From positions 1 through 59,999 of the IMG/VR virus record IMGVR_UViG_3300027631_000020: a stretch of 59,999 nucleotides of DNA. One strand, written 5' to 3'. Made by a program: the position numbers and the translations under genes. The first letter of the stretch is position 1. Each line of letters opens with the position of its first letter. This document shows, one piece after another, positions 50,498 to 59,999 of the stretch. This DNA is from a virus (lineage: Duplodnaviria; Caudoviricetes). Under the pieces are notes generated by a model. The model saw nothing but the letters and a program-made list of their open reading frames with translations. It searched no databases and had not been told where the DNA came from.

Positions 50498-52254
50498 TGG
50501 ATAAGAAAAGAATCATATTACCTAAAAAGAAATTCTTCGGTGCAATCGATGAAGATTTAAGTCTAAAAATAAATTTAGATGAATCTAAAAACTTGCTCAG
50601 AGAGGGAGACAGAACAGTAATTCTTGACATGTCTGTTCTTTTCGCAAAGGAAAGAAATGAAAGTCCAAACTACAAGGTACATGGAAAACTAAAAATGGTT
50701 TTTAGAAACATATACAGTGGTGAATCGGGGTATTCCCCAATACAAGAAAAACTATATTTGATTGGTGATGGTACTGATTCAAATAATTTTAATGGATTTG
50801 TTTCATATGAAGAATTTGCATTTCAAAGACAGGATGTGAAAAGAGAATACAATACAATACCGGCAACAAGTTCTCCCGGTACGTATTCACCTAATTTATC
50901 TGTTATTGGACAAAGTACTCATAAATCAATTACCCCAATACAGGCACCATACCATAACTGGAATGTGTACCTATCATATGTTTATTCGGGTGATACAACA
51001 TATCCAATCAAATACTCATTGAGTGGTGGAACTAGTGGGGATACTTATTCCTTTGTTTCAGGTGATGGTATACCATTTAGAGTAATAGATAATGGCTCAA
51101 CATATAAATTAATATGTCCAGTTACACACGGAATTTCTGCCGGTGAATATATTGTCATTTCGGGTGGTACATTAAATAATTCGATACCACTATCGGGTAG
51201 AACATTTTTAGTAATAAGTGTTGGTGATGAGTTATATGATTCAGAAAATTATGTATTGGATATTTCAAAATCTGAGATACCATCAGGAACAACATTATCT
51301 AATGTTATACTTGGTAAAAGATGTATAAACAAATATAAATTAAACGAAACCATATCGACATATTATGTTCATAAACATAAAACACTTACGGAGGATGTGG
51401 ATTGTATTATCGATAAAATTGGATTCGAATTACCAATATGGGAGGAAGAAAGAAAATTACTACTTGAAAATTCACTCGGAACAAATGATGTTTTAGTTGT
51501 AAGGAATCGAATGGAAAGTTTAGTGTACGATTTTAAAAAACCATTTGTACTTGAAGGTTTAATAAATAATTTAGGTTATTTACCGACAGATGTTTATGTA
51601 TCAACTGTTTATGTAAACAAAAATGGGTTATTCGATTATCCACATAAGGCTGGTTTTAAATTTAATTTCCATAACTCATGGGTTGATGAACACTTTAGTG
51701 GTACCACATCATTAGAAACCACATTACCAACTCAGACATTTACGTCTAATTCAATAACATTCACAGGTGGAACTGCATTACCGATTGGTACTGTTTTAAC
51801 TGGCGCATTTATTGAATACAATAGGTCGGAATTAAAAGAAAGGGTTATCAGTGAGTCGTATCATAAAATGACCCATAGAACTACCATATTTGACCACGGA
51901 CAAGAAAGTTCATCAACCTATTCAGGTGCATCCGTAAATAATAAAGTCGGGTTATATTATCAACCACATCATAGAGTAAAACTTAGACAACTTTCTCCGT
52001 ATGTTGAAAGTTCTAATACTAGTCAAATATATGGTTTACCTCAAAACGCAAAATATTTTGAGGATGAATTATTATGGAAGTGGCATGATGTGTATGACCA
52101 TGGATTTATCGACCCAGAAGGATTCGGTACAAATTATCCATTTATTAATAACATTCATTATATAAAAAATGATATCAATTTCTATTTACGTAATGAACAA
52201 CAATACACAAATAAATCTGATGGAATTAAAAAATTGGTTAAAATAGTTTGTTAA
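50497..52254 (+). CDS. Putative virion/baseplate protein (585 aa)
   Basis: Translationally coupled (TAATG) within the structural operon; [ST]GxT-rich. Confidence 0.55.
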   Translation: MDKKRIILPKKKFFGAIDEDLSLKINLDESKNLLREGDRTVILDMSVLFAKERNESPNYKVHGKLKMVFRNIYSGESGYSPIQEKLYLIGDGTDSNNFNGFVSYEEFAFQRQDVKREYNTIPATSSPGTYSPNLSVIGQSTHKSITPIQAPYHNWNVYLSYVYSGDTTYPIKYSLSGGTSGDTYSFVSGDGIPFRVIDNGSTYKLICPVTHGISAGEYIVISGGTLNNSIPLSGRTFLVISVGDELYDSENYVLDISKSEIPSGTTLSNVILGKRCINKYKLNETISTYYVHKHKTLTEDVDCIIDKIGFELPIWEEERKLLLENSLGTNDVLVVRNRMESLVYDFKKPFVLEGLINNLGYLPTDVYVSTVYVNKNGLFDYPHKAGFKFNFHNSWVDEHFSGTTSLETTLPTQTFTSNSITFTGGTALPIGTVLTGAFIEYNRSELKERVISESYHKMTHRTTIFDHGQESSSTYSGASVNNKVGLYYQPHHRVKLRQLSPYVESSNTSQIYGLPQNAKYFEDELLWKWHDVYDHGFIDPEGFGTNYPFINNIHYIKNDINFYLRNEQQYTNKSDGIKKLVKIVC

Positions 52255-52255
52255 A

Positions 52256-53053
52256 ATGGAAATACTAAGAAAAACTACCGACCAAAATATTGTACTAAAC
52301 ACAAATCAAACATTTAAAACTGATTTGGCGTGGACTGAGAATGCTGAGTCCATGGAAAAAGAAATTTTGTATGAGATTATAAACCCAACAGAGAATTATG
52401 AAACGGTTAGATATATACACGCACCATACAATAGTGGGTTAAATGTTAATCAAACAGATATATGGTTTTATTTTTATTTTTTAAATGGGTTAAATAATTA
52501 TTCAACAGGTTTGGATTATAACCATATTGGTATCACCTATCGTGAAAATTCTAAGATGTTAAAACAATCAACTGAAAGTTTTTTTAGATTGGAATTTTAT
52601 AAAACACCAAATGGTGATGCCCCAACAAACCTAAATAGAAGATTAGTTTTTGCTAAAAATCTTACACTTCCATTAGGTGAAAAACAATTCTATTTAACAT
52701 TAAACGATTACATTCACGTTCCTGTTTTTATGGGTTCAAACTATAGAAATAAGGAAAATATGTATCTATTTTGGTTTTCAGATGACAGTGCGTTTGATGA
52801 AACAACACTAACTGGTAACACATTTTACATGACTGCTAAGTTTTATAACTCAAAAGACGGTTCGGTGTTAGATTTTACAAATAAGGTATTATCGGCGGGT
52901 GTTTCCGCTAGTGAAACTGAAGATATGTATTTTAAAATGATAATAGATAGAACAGATTATTCTTATCAGATTTATCGATTTAGTGGTTCGACAACTTTAA
53001 GTCGAATAGGTGAAAGTAACGACCCAATAAAATTTTATGAAAGACGACCATAA
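52256..53053 (+). CDS. Putative virion/baseplate protein (265 aa)
   Basis: Operon context; SFFRLEFY.TP motif. Confidence 0.55.
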   Translation: MEILRKTTDQNIVLNTNQTFKTDLAWTENAESMEKEILYEIINPTENYETVRYIHAPYNSGLNVNQTDIWFYFYFLNGLNNYSTGLDYNHIGITYRENSKMLKQSTESFFRLEFYKTPNGDAPTNLNRRLVFAKNLTLPLGEKQFYLTLNDYIHVPVFMGSNYRNKENMYLFWFSDDSAFDETTLTGNTFYMTAKFYNSKDGSVLDFTNKVLSAGVSASETEDMYFKMIIDRTDYSYQIYRFSGSTTLSRIGESNDPIKFYERRP

Positions 53054-54159
53054 TGGAAAAAAACGCATATAAAATACTGAGAAAAAATATCCCCAATGTG
53101 AGATTACACTCATTATCGGGACAGTATTGGTATGATTATTTTGGTAATTGGGTACCATGGTCAGGTGATACAACCTTACCACCACAAATTGGTTATGTTG
53201 TATATAACGTAACGGGAACTGTGTCTGTTGGATATTATCGATGGTCAGGTTCAACATGGGTATCGATTTCAAAAGCGGTGGCCATGGGTAGTTATGACAT
53301 TCCGTTATTCTTAGAGAGTTCTGCGGATGAAATGGGGGTTATGGTTGGTTTCGATGGAAATATGGAACAGGTTGAACAAATCTGTAATTTTTCATATACC
53401 CAAACCGGAAACACCGTTCAAGTTTATAATACTGTAGACTCGAGTAAGGTATCTGAAATTCACGTTATTAATTTTACGGTGAATTGGGGTGACGGAACAA
53501 CCAACACGTTAACGACCCACACTGGTACGACTTTAAATTCGATTTCCAAGACTTATACCACTACAGGTGTGAAAACTATTGCAATATCAATTAACACCCC
53601 GTGGATGGACTTTAAAATGGAAAAAAAGGTAACGGTACCGGCAAACATCACAGTTGCAGACCCACTTGGTGTTTTTAGTGGTTTTACCGTACCATATACA
53701 ACAATTACGGGACAAACCCTTGATTATTTGACTGATTTAGATTACACTAATAACACGGGTAACACAATCTTCAATTACGCATCGATGGGTAAAAGTAGAA
53801 TCGACGAGAAAAAACTTTACGGTTCGAACACATATTCGGGAGTAACAACAGGAACAACATCTGGAATTGTATATAGTGCATATACCATAGATAATCTTTA
53901 TTTTAAAGATTTTGCCGATGGAGTAACAACTATTACGGGTGCGACTTCAGGTTTCACTAAGGAGGAAGTTTTTAATTTAGTTCTCACAAGGAACGAACAT
54001 TTCTTAGGTTTTATTGATGAACCAACCATTTATTCGGACATTTTTGTTGAAAGAGGAAAACAGGGGGTTATGGAAAAAACATTAAGATTATCTGAAATTG
54101 ATAACACCGGGGAAATGGAAATCTACGGAAATGGATATTTTAATATAAGAAAACAATAA
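53053..54159 (+). CDS. Putative virion protein with a PKD-like domain (368 aa)
   Basis: FTVNWGDGT...KTY...G...I PKD signature; very [ST]GxT-rich. Confidence 0.6.
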   Translation: MEKNAYKILRKNIPNVRLHSLSGQYWYDYFGNWVPWSGDTTLPPQIGYVVYNVTGTVSVGYYRWSGSTWVSISKAVAMGSYDIPLFLESSADEMGVMVGFDGNMEQVEQICNFSYTQTGNTVQVYNTVDSSKVSEIHVINFTVNWGDGTTNTLTTHTGTTLNSISKTYTTTGVKTIAISINTPWMDFKMEKKVTVPANITVADPLGVFSGFTVPYTTITGQTLDYLTDLDYTNNTGNTIFNYASMGKSRIDEKKLYGSNTYSGVTTGTTSGIVYSAYTIDNLYFKDFADGVTTITGATSGFTKEEVFNLVLTRNEHFLGFIDEPTIYSDIFVERGKQGVMEKTLRLSEIDNTGEMEIYGNGYFNIRKQ

Positions 54160-54184
54160 AAATTATATTTATTAATAAAAAAAC

Positions 54185-55102
54185 ATGGCAGTAGGAAGTT
54201 ACGGAATTATAAGACCAGCGGATGTTTCTCCGGAAGATGTGGAAATTTACTTTCACTATGTATCGGGAAGAACTAGTGACGCGGCTGCGACTTTGAAAAG
54301 ACTTAATACGGGTGATGTATTAACACCTGTATTTCATAATGCAAATACAACAGACGACACAAGTGCACCTGACGTAGAAATTTTAGGTGGTTTGTATAAT
54401 TTAAAATTAACATCTGCGGATTTCTCAGATTTGGGAATCTACACTTTACATGTTAGACCAAAACAAATTCGTACAACAATCACCGATTGTGGAATTTTAG
54501 CGTCATTACCATCAGTTAGGGGATTAGTTATTGATTTAAGTAATGTACCAGCGGGTGACAGAAATAAATTTACCCCACAAGGTTTGGTGGGATATAGAGT
54601 TGAATACATTAATTCATCTGACAATAAGAAGACATCAAATTTTTATAGAATTGTAACATCTTCTTTTTATTGTACACCAATAGTAACCAATTTAACCAGT
54701 ACATCACAAAAGTCGATTAGATATCAATATAGTGAGCAAGCAACGAATTTGATGTTCTTAACTGTTACACCATCTTCAGCACCTTCGAATAAACCAAATA
54801 CGGTTCCTTTCATCGGTACACCCTCACAAAAAATTATTCTATCTAATACATACTTTAATCCAACAACAATTGAAATTGAAATGGTTGAACATGATTCATC
54901 CACAATTGCACATGCGTTGTATGGTAATCAGAGTAAAGCAGTCTCACAAGGTATCTACACGATATATGACAATAATAATAACATCTATAGACAATACAAT
55001 CTTTACGAAGTTAAGGACGAGTTTAATGAAACATTATACGAAGTTCGTGAAGAAAGAAACGATATTGATGAGACCTTAAATTTTGATACGATTACCGCAT
55101 AA
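54185..55102 (+). CDS. Putative virion/baseplate protein (305 aa)
   Basis: TATTTAT at 54166-54172; TAATG-coupled to the next gene. Confidence 0.55.
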   Translation: MAVGSYGIIRPADVSPEDVEIYFHYVSGRTSDAAATLKRLNTGDVLTPVFHNANTTDDTSAPDVEILGGLYNLKLTSADFSDLGIYTLHVRPKQIRTTITDCGILASLPSVRGLVIDLSNVPAGDRNKFTPQGLVGYRVEYINSSDNKKTSNFYRIVTSSFYCTPIVTNLTSTSQKSIRYQYSEQATNLMFLTVTPSSAPSNKPNTVPFIGTPSQKIILSNTYFNPTTIEIEMVEHDSSTIAHALYGNQSKAVSQGIYTIYDNNNNIYRQYNLYEVKDEFNETLYEVREERNDIDETLNFDTITA

Positions 55103-58100
55103 TGGCAAAAACAAAGGTACCAAGTCAGGCCGCAAATGGTGGGCAAACTTTTAGCGATAATTTAGTTGGTAGACAAATTACCAGCGGAAGTTCGGCGCTT
55201 ACTAACACAAGTTTTGATATCGATAAGACGATACCTGAAAAGGATGCCAAAAATTTTAAAAACAACCCATTTTCTGAGTTTTTAACTTTAGATACTTTAA
55301 AAGAAGAAAAATCGGCAGTTGTCACTCAAACAAAAACAAAACAGGAAAAGAAATCGTCTATTCGTTTTAAGAATAACAAAAGAAACGCGGACAAATCTTT
55401 ATTCGGTTCATTAAAAGATAGAATTTTAGTTTCGGTAACAAGAATCATCAATAAGTTTCCCGGTGGGTTAAGTGTTGAAGGTGGAGGTCCGATTGGTAAT
55501 AATTCATATTCAGCGTTTAACGCGTCTTACGATTATAGTTTAAATAGAACAACTTTTTATGTACAAAGAGCCAAACTCTTTAATCCATTCGATATAACTT
55601 TAATCCAACCTAACAGTGTAATTAAACCAACAACTGAAAATGAGATTAGAAATTTATATTCTTCTTATGGTAAGTATGTTGCGGTTTTTAACGGTGTATC
55701 ATATCCGATAATTCAATATACGGAACCCAATTCCTCGAATGAAATTAAATTTGTTATTCTTGGTAATTCATTTAGTGGTTCAACAACATATTCTGACAAT
55801 TTTTTAATTAGACCGAATGATGGAATTATTGAAGAGTTCTTCAATGGATTAGATGATGTTGAAGAGTCATTATTAAATAGAGAAACAAACCCAATATACA
55901 CCGCCAGTTTTGAAATTCCAATGGATAGTTCTGACGGTACAAGAACAACATTACAAAATATTGAATATACGTGGCCTTTATCTTCGGATAATTGGAATAT
56001 TAGAATTTCAGGTCTCGATTATGAATCGTATCTTGAAAATTTAAGTGATGTCTCTGACCAAATAGATGATTATAAATCTAATTTAATGGTTAGATTTTTA
56101 GCGTCTCCACAGTTATTTGAATTTGATACTGATGATAAAAAGGCGGAAAGTGTTTTCCAATTATATGGTCAAAGTTTTGATAGGGTAAAAAAATATATTG
56201 ACAACATTGCTCATATGAGAAATGTAAGTTATGACGGTATTAATAACCTACCTGATATATTATTAAAAAACCTATCTCAAAATTTGGGACTATCAAGTAT
56301 TAAATTATTCGATGAGAAATCGTTGGATGAAATTTTATATACTAGACAGGATTCATCATATGGTGGTGTTTCTAAAGGTTTTAATTTAGAAGATGCCGAA
56401 TATGAGTTTTATAGAAGATTATTGGTTAATTTGGCGTTCATTTTTAAATCAAAAGGAACGAGAGCGGGTATTGAATTTTTCTTAAAATTCTTAGGTGCTC
56501 CTGAACCATTAATTAAACTTGACGAATACATTTACCGAGTTACATCCATTCCCGGTAGTAACGATTTGGAACAAGACATATATGATGTCATCCAAGGTGA
56601 AAAAACATATACAACTGCAATATTCAATATTACGGGTTATACCTATGACTCTACTACGGTAACGGGAGCAACAAACTTCAATAGAGATGGTTACCCTGTT
56701 AATCCCGACACACTATTACCAAGAAAGGCATTCAACGAAACGGACGAAATATTCTTTGAAAAGGGTTCAGGTTGGTACGACATTACGTTAGACCACCGTA
56801 CACCAACAATATTAGATACTGAAAATTCCATTTTAACTGGTTTAACAAAAACAATTAAAACTAAAAACAAACCATACACTTATGGTGAGAATTATTTTGA
56901 TGTGTTTAGAACGTTGCCAGGTTTAGATACGGGATATGGACTTAAAACAGAAATTGATAACAGAAAAACTCATTCAGTTGAGGACGATTCGTTATTAATA
57001 TTAAATAGAAAAAACATAAACGTTCATTTATCTCCATCAAGAGGTATTGATTATGACATTTATAGAAAAAGTAGAAATTTAAATTTATCTTTTGGTACAA
57101 ACAATAGTTTATTACCACAAACAGGTGTCACCTTTGCTCAATTCATTGATAATTTTATTCACAGTGTAATTAAAAATTCTAACACAATTAGATATAAAAA
57201 AAATTACATTGTACTTGAGGACATTTATAGAGATTACATATCCCAAGCCGGATTTAGTCCATATGGGTTTATCGACGTAAATGAATTTGTTGATAAAATT
57301 ACACCATATTGGGTTCAGTTAGTTGAACAATTAGTACCTGCAACGACATTATGGACGGGTGGTAACTTAATAGAAAATAATCTATTTGGTAGACCAAAAT
57401 ACCCTTACATATTCGATTGTCAACCAATGGAATTTATTGAAAGTTTATATCCTGAGTTTGAAAAAACAATTGAAGAGGATTTAGAAACTTTACTTGGTGA
57501 AGAGGATAACTTTAGAAGTTTAATTAATTTAACGGGTGTTACATATTACCCCGTAATTGAAATAGATGGGGTTGTTTACGGTGGACCAACATATTCAGAA
57601 TTAACAACAGGAATGACTGTTGTTGTTAGTGGAACTACGAACACCACAAATAGTGCTCAGTTATTTAATCCATTTCCAATGGATGACTGTACTGACCTAA
57701 CAAGTAATGATAGTGTAAATTTAGCACTTATCTGTGATTATAAGGATTACTTAGAACCCGACATCGTTAAAATAAAACAACTATGGTTAATTGCGATAAG
57801 TAATTTAATTAGTTCAATTACAATAACAAGATATACTGCGGGATATGAAGACTATGACCCATTCTTAGGTACAACAGGTCAAACATATACAACTGAAGAG
57901 TTACCAATGGTTAGTTATGAACTGTTTACTGATGTAAATGGTCAAGAGATGATTAGATTCTCATCTATAAAATATGGTATTGGAGATTGTTCGGTAAAAG
58001 ATTATTTTGATTACAGATTCGAGGCAGATTATGAAACAACTAAAAATGTTGTTGAAATGAGTGTCGAGGTGAGAGGAGATGGTCAATACTATTGTAATGA

Positions 58101-59999
58101 ACCGTTGGATTGTATATTGGTTTCCGATTTATACATTGAGGTTATTGGACACAAATCAGGTGTTCAAAATCATAGTGGAAATTGGCCATTTTACATTTAT
58201 GCAAACTGTGTATCTGGTTATAATCAAAATGCAGACATACACATTGAGAGAGTACCGGGTGAAGACTGTATCTTTAAATTGACAGGTATAACTGAAACTG
58301 ATGTTATTGATTTTGATATCATTGACGGTGCAAATAAAGAAGTTAAATTTAAAATAGAAGGTTTACAAGCCAAAGTTGAACATGACCCATGTCCATTACC
58401 AAGTGGTAAAAGTCACGTTGAATTATTCGAACTAATAGGTTTCCAAGGAACTTCAGGAAATAGTATTTCATCCATATCAGGTGCCACATTCTGTGACAAT
58501 TATACGGGACATACAATTCACCCTAAAGTTGAATATAGAAGCAACTTCAATTATGGTTTAAAATGTGATACGGATGTTTTAGTTGTCACAACTGGAATAA
58601 CAATTAACAGTGGTACCACAAATACTGATGTTGAAACTTTTATTTCAAACGGAGATATAATTAAAAAAAGTGTTTGTGACCTTCTTGTTGATGATTACAT
58701 TTTATCTGCCGAATACAAAGATTGTAACCAATCATCAAATCAACAATACCAAGATGCCCCTGAAAATGGATATTCGTTTACATATGAATATGTTAAATTA
58801 AAAGTTACCGATAAAGATTGTCTTGCATCTATTAAGAAGAGTGTAATTACAGGTTTAACGACTAATGGAATTTATGAAGTATTTGAAGTTTTACCAACAA
58901 CACAACTTAGAGTTTATACGAATAAGTTTATTGAGAATTTTGGGGATATAACAAATGGTAAATATCACTTTGATGATAGATTCCCCGAAGAATTACAAAG
59001 TAAACCAACAGATTTTATTGAACCATGCTGTGACCATCCAAAAGAGTTATATAATCATGGAGATTATTTAATTAATCAATACGGATACCCAATCGAAGTG
59101 ATTGCTGTCGATTTAAATTACTGCGAATCAAACCTATATTTTAATATAAATGTTGAGAAGGACGGAACACCATTAGGTAATGGTAGTTTCTTAGTAGTGT
59201 TCAATGGTAACTCAAATGAACAATTACTAATGAAACACACATATAGTGTTCATCCGGGTCTTGACTTTAAATTAGGTCAATATTATATTGACCCTGAACA
59301 TTGTCCAACTGAACCAACAAATGAAGAATTAGAGATTTCGGTTTTTGGTGAGTGTATAGATTGTGATTTTGATATCGATGTGAACATATTAGATTGTAAT
59401 TTTGAAATAGATGTTGATGTTATTTTTAATGAGACAACACCAACACCAACATCAACTAGTACACCTACTGTAACACCAACGGCGACTCCTACAGGAACGG
59501 GAACAAATACACCGACTAGTACGGTAACCCCAACAGAGACCCCAACGGCAACCCCTACGGAAACACCAACAGGAACTAGTACACCTACAGCAACCCCTAC
59601 GGAAACACCAACAGCAACTCCCACAGGAACGGGAACAAATACACCGACTAGTACTCCGACAGCGACTCCTACGGAAACACCAACGGCAACGGGAACTAGT
59701 ACCCCAACGGGAACTGCAACTCCTACGGAAACACCAACAGGAACTAGTACACCTACGGAAACGCCTACAGGGACTAGTACTCCTACGGAAACGCCTACAG
59801 GGACTAGTACACCTACGGAAACGCCTACAGGGACTAGTACACCTACGGAAACGCCTACAGGGACTAGTACTCCTACGGAAACGCCTACAGGGACTAGTAC
59901 TCCTACGGAAACGCCAACAGCAACTCCAACGGATACACCTACTGAAACACCTACAGCTACCCCAACGGGAACTGCAACCCCTACTGTAACACCTACGGG
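55102..59999 (+). CDS. Very large baseplate wedge/fibre protein (gp7/baseplate I-like N-terminal part), running off the window end; not in the ORF track
   Basis: ATG at 55102 ([23 protein letters not shown]); frame checked at several points through to the end; [22 protein letters not shown] motif; C-terminal Thr-Pro tract. Confidence 0.75.
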   Translation, partial: MAKTKVPSQAANGGQTFSDNLVGRQITSGSSALTNTSFDIDKTIPEKDAKNFKNNPFSEFLTLDTLKEEKSAVVTQTKTKQEKKSSIRFKNNKRNADKSLFGSLKDRILVSVTRIINKFPGGLSVEGGGPIGNNSYSAFNASYDYSLNRTTFYVQRAKLFNPFDITLIQPNSVIKPTTENEIRNLYSSYGKYVAVFNGVSYPIIQYTEPNSSNEIKFVILGNSFSGSTTYSDNFLIRPNDGIIEEFFNGLDDVEESLLNRETNPIYTASFEIPMDSSDGTRTTLQNIEYTWPLSSDNWNIRISGLDYESYLENLSDVSDQIDDYKSNLMVRFLASPQLFEFDTDDKKAESVFQLYGQSFDRVKKYIDNIAHMRNVSYDGINNLPDILLKNLSQNLGLSSIKLFDEKSLDEILYTRQDSSYGGVSKGFNLEDAEYEFYRRLLVNLAFIFKSKGTRAGIEFFLKFLGAPEPLIKLDEYIYRVTSIPGSNDLEQDIYDVIQGEKTYTTAIFNITGYTYDSTTVTGATNFNRDGYPVNPDTLLPRKAFNETDEIFFEKGSGWYDITLDHRTPTILDTENSILTGLTKTIKTKNKPYTYGENYFDVFRTLPGLDTGYGLKTEIDNRKTHSVEDDSLLILNRKNINVHLSPSRGIDYDIYRKSRNLNLSFGTNNSLLPQTGVTFAQFIDNFIHSVIKNSNTIRYKKNYIVLEDIYRDYISQAGFSPYGFIDVNEFVDKITPYWVQLVEQLVPATTLWTGGNLIENNLFGRPKYPYIFDCQPMEFIESLYPEFEKTIEEDLETLLGEEDNFRSLINLTGVTYYPVIEIDGVVYGGPTYSELTTGMTVVVSGTTNTTNSAQLFNPFPMDDCTDLTSNDSVNLALICDYKDYLEPDIVKIKQLWLIAISNLISSITITRYTAGYEDYDPFLGTTGQTYTTEELPMVSYELFTDVNGQEMIRFSSIKYGIGDCSVKDYFDYRFEADYETTKNVVEMSVEVRGDGQYYCNEPLDCILVSDLYIEVIGHKSGVQNHSGNWPFYIYANCVSGYNQNADIHIERVPGEDCIFKLTGITETDVIDFDIIDGANKEVKFKIEGLQAKVEHDPCPLPSGKSHVELFELIGFQGTSGNSISSISGATFCDNYTGHTIHPKVEYRSNFNYGLKCDTDVLVVTTGITINSGTTNTDVETFISNGDIIKKSVCDLLVDDYILSAEYKDCNQSSNQQYQDAPENGYSFTYEYVKLKVTDKDCLASIKKSVITGLTTNGIYEVFEVLPTTQLRVYTNKFIENFGDITNGKYHFDDRFPEELQSKPTDFIEPCCDHPKELYNHGDYLINQYGYPIEVIAVDLNYCESNLYFNINVEKDGTPLGNGSFLVVFNGNSNEQLLMKHTYSVHPGLDFKLGQYYIDPEHCPTEPTNEELEISVFGECIDCDFDIDVNILDCNFEIDVDVIFNETTPTPTSTSTPTVTPTATPTGTGTNTPTSTVTPTETPTATPTETPTGTSTPTATPTETPTATPTGTGTNTPTSTPTATPTETPTATGTSTPTGTATPTETPTGTSTPTETPTGTSTPTETPTGTSTPTETPTGTSTPTETPTGTSTPTETPTGTSTPTETPTATPTDTPTETPTATPTGTATPTVTPT
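59731..59910 (+). repeat. 30-bp tandem repeat encoding [10 protein letters not shown] within a longer Thr-Pro tract (from about 59434 to the end)
   Basis: ACGCCTACAGGGACTAGTAC(A/T)CCTACGGAA occurs 5 times at 59761-59910, plus a degenerate copy at 59731. Confidence 0.95.

Noticed and set aside
633-59624. Numerous 60-170 aa alternate-frame and antisense ORFs in the track (e.g. 21702-22145, 38097-38615, 59283-59624)
   Set aside because: They are nested in long, well-supported genes, have no recognisable motifs and are explained as codon-bias shadows.
59731-59910. 30-bp repeats as a CRISPR array
   Set aside because: The units are head-to-tail with no unique spacers and are in frame within a Thr-Pro coding tract.
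1-59999. Active stop-codon reassignment
   Set aside because: Genes are full length under code 11, with no TAG/TGA-fragmented structural genes.

Overview
This AT-rich window comes from a large tailed dsDNA phage with a contractile tail (T4-like/jumbo architecture). It is densely coding and almost all on the + strand. It interleaves virion genes (neck and tail-terminator homologues, tail sheath, tail tube, tail chaperone, tape measure, gp25/gp6/gp53/gp7-like baseplate proteins, and very large LamG/Thr-Pro-rich fibre proteins) with replication and nucleotide genes (family B DNA polymerase, SNF2/HARP-like helicase, gp32-like SSB, RecA/UvsX, 5'-3' exonuclease, DnaB-like helicase, class Ia NrdB/NrdA). 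No capsid, portal, terminase, tRNA or CRISPR array was recognised. A Bacteroidota host is inferred from TTTG-N19/20-TAnnTTTG-type promoters, the lack of Shine-Dalgarno sequences, SprB-like repeats and a eukaryote-like class Ia RNR. The most notable observations are: (1) a [S/T]-G-x-T tetrapeptide heavily enriched in outward-facing virion proteins and rare in enzymes, a candidate modification sequon; (2) a hidden +1-frame ORF behind the tail chaperone at a UUU_UUU_CGU shift-like site; (3) a parS-like palindrome beside an iteron-like AT-rich region between sheath and tube; (4) a GC-rich pseudoknotted ncRNA candidate after nrdA; (5) a ubiquitin-like small protein in the fibre operon; (6) a TATTTAT late promoter often only 4-7 nt from the ATG; (7) apparent GATC avoidance and exclusive TAA stops. 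All protein calls come from motif recognition by eye; no database searches were run.
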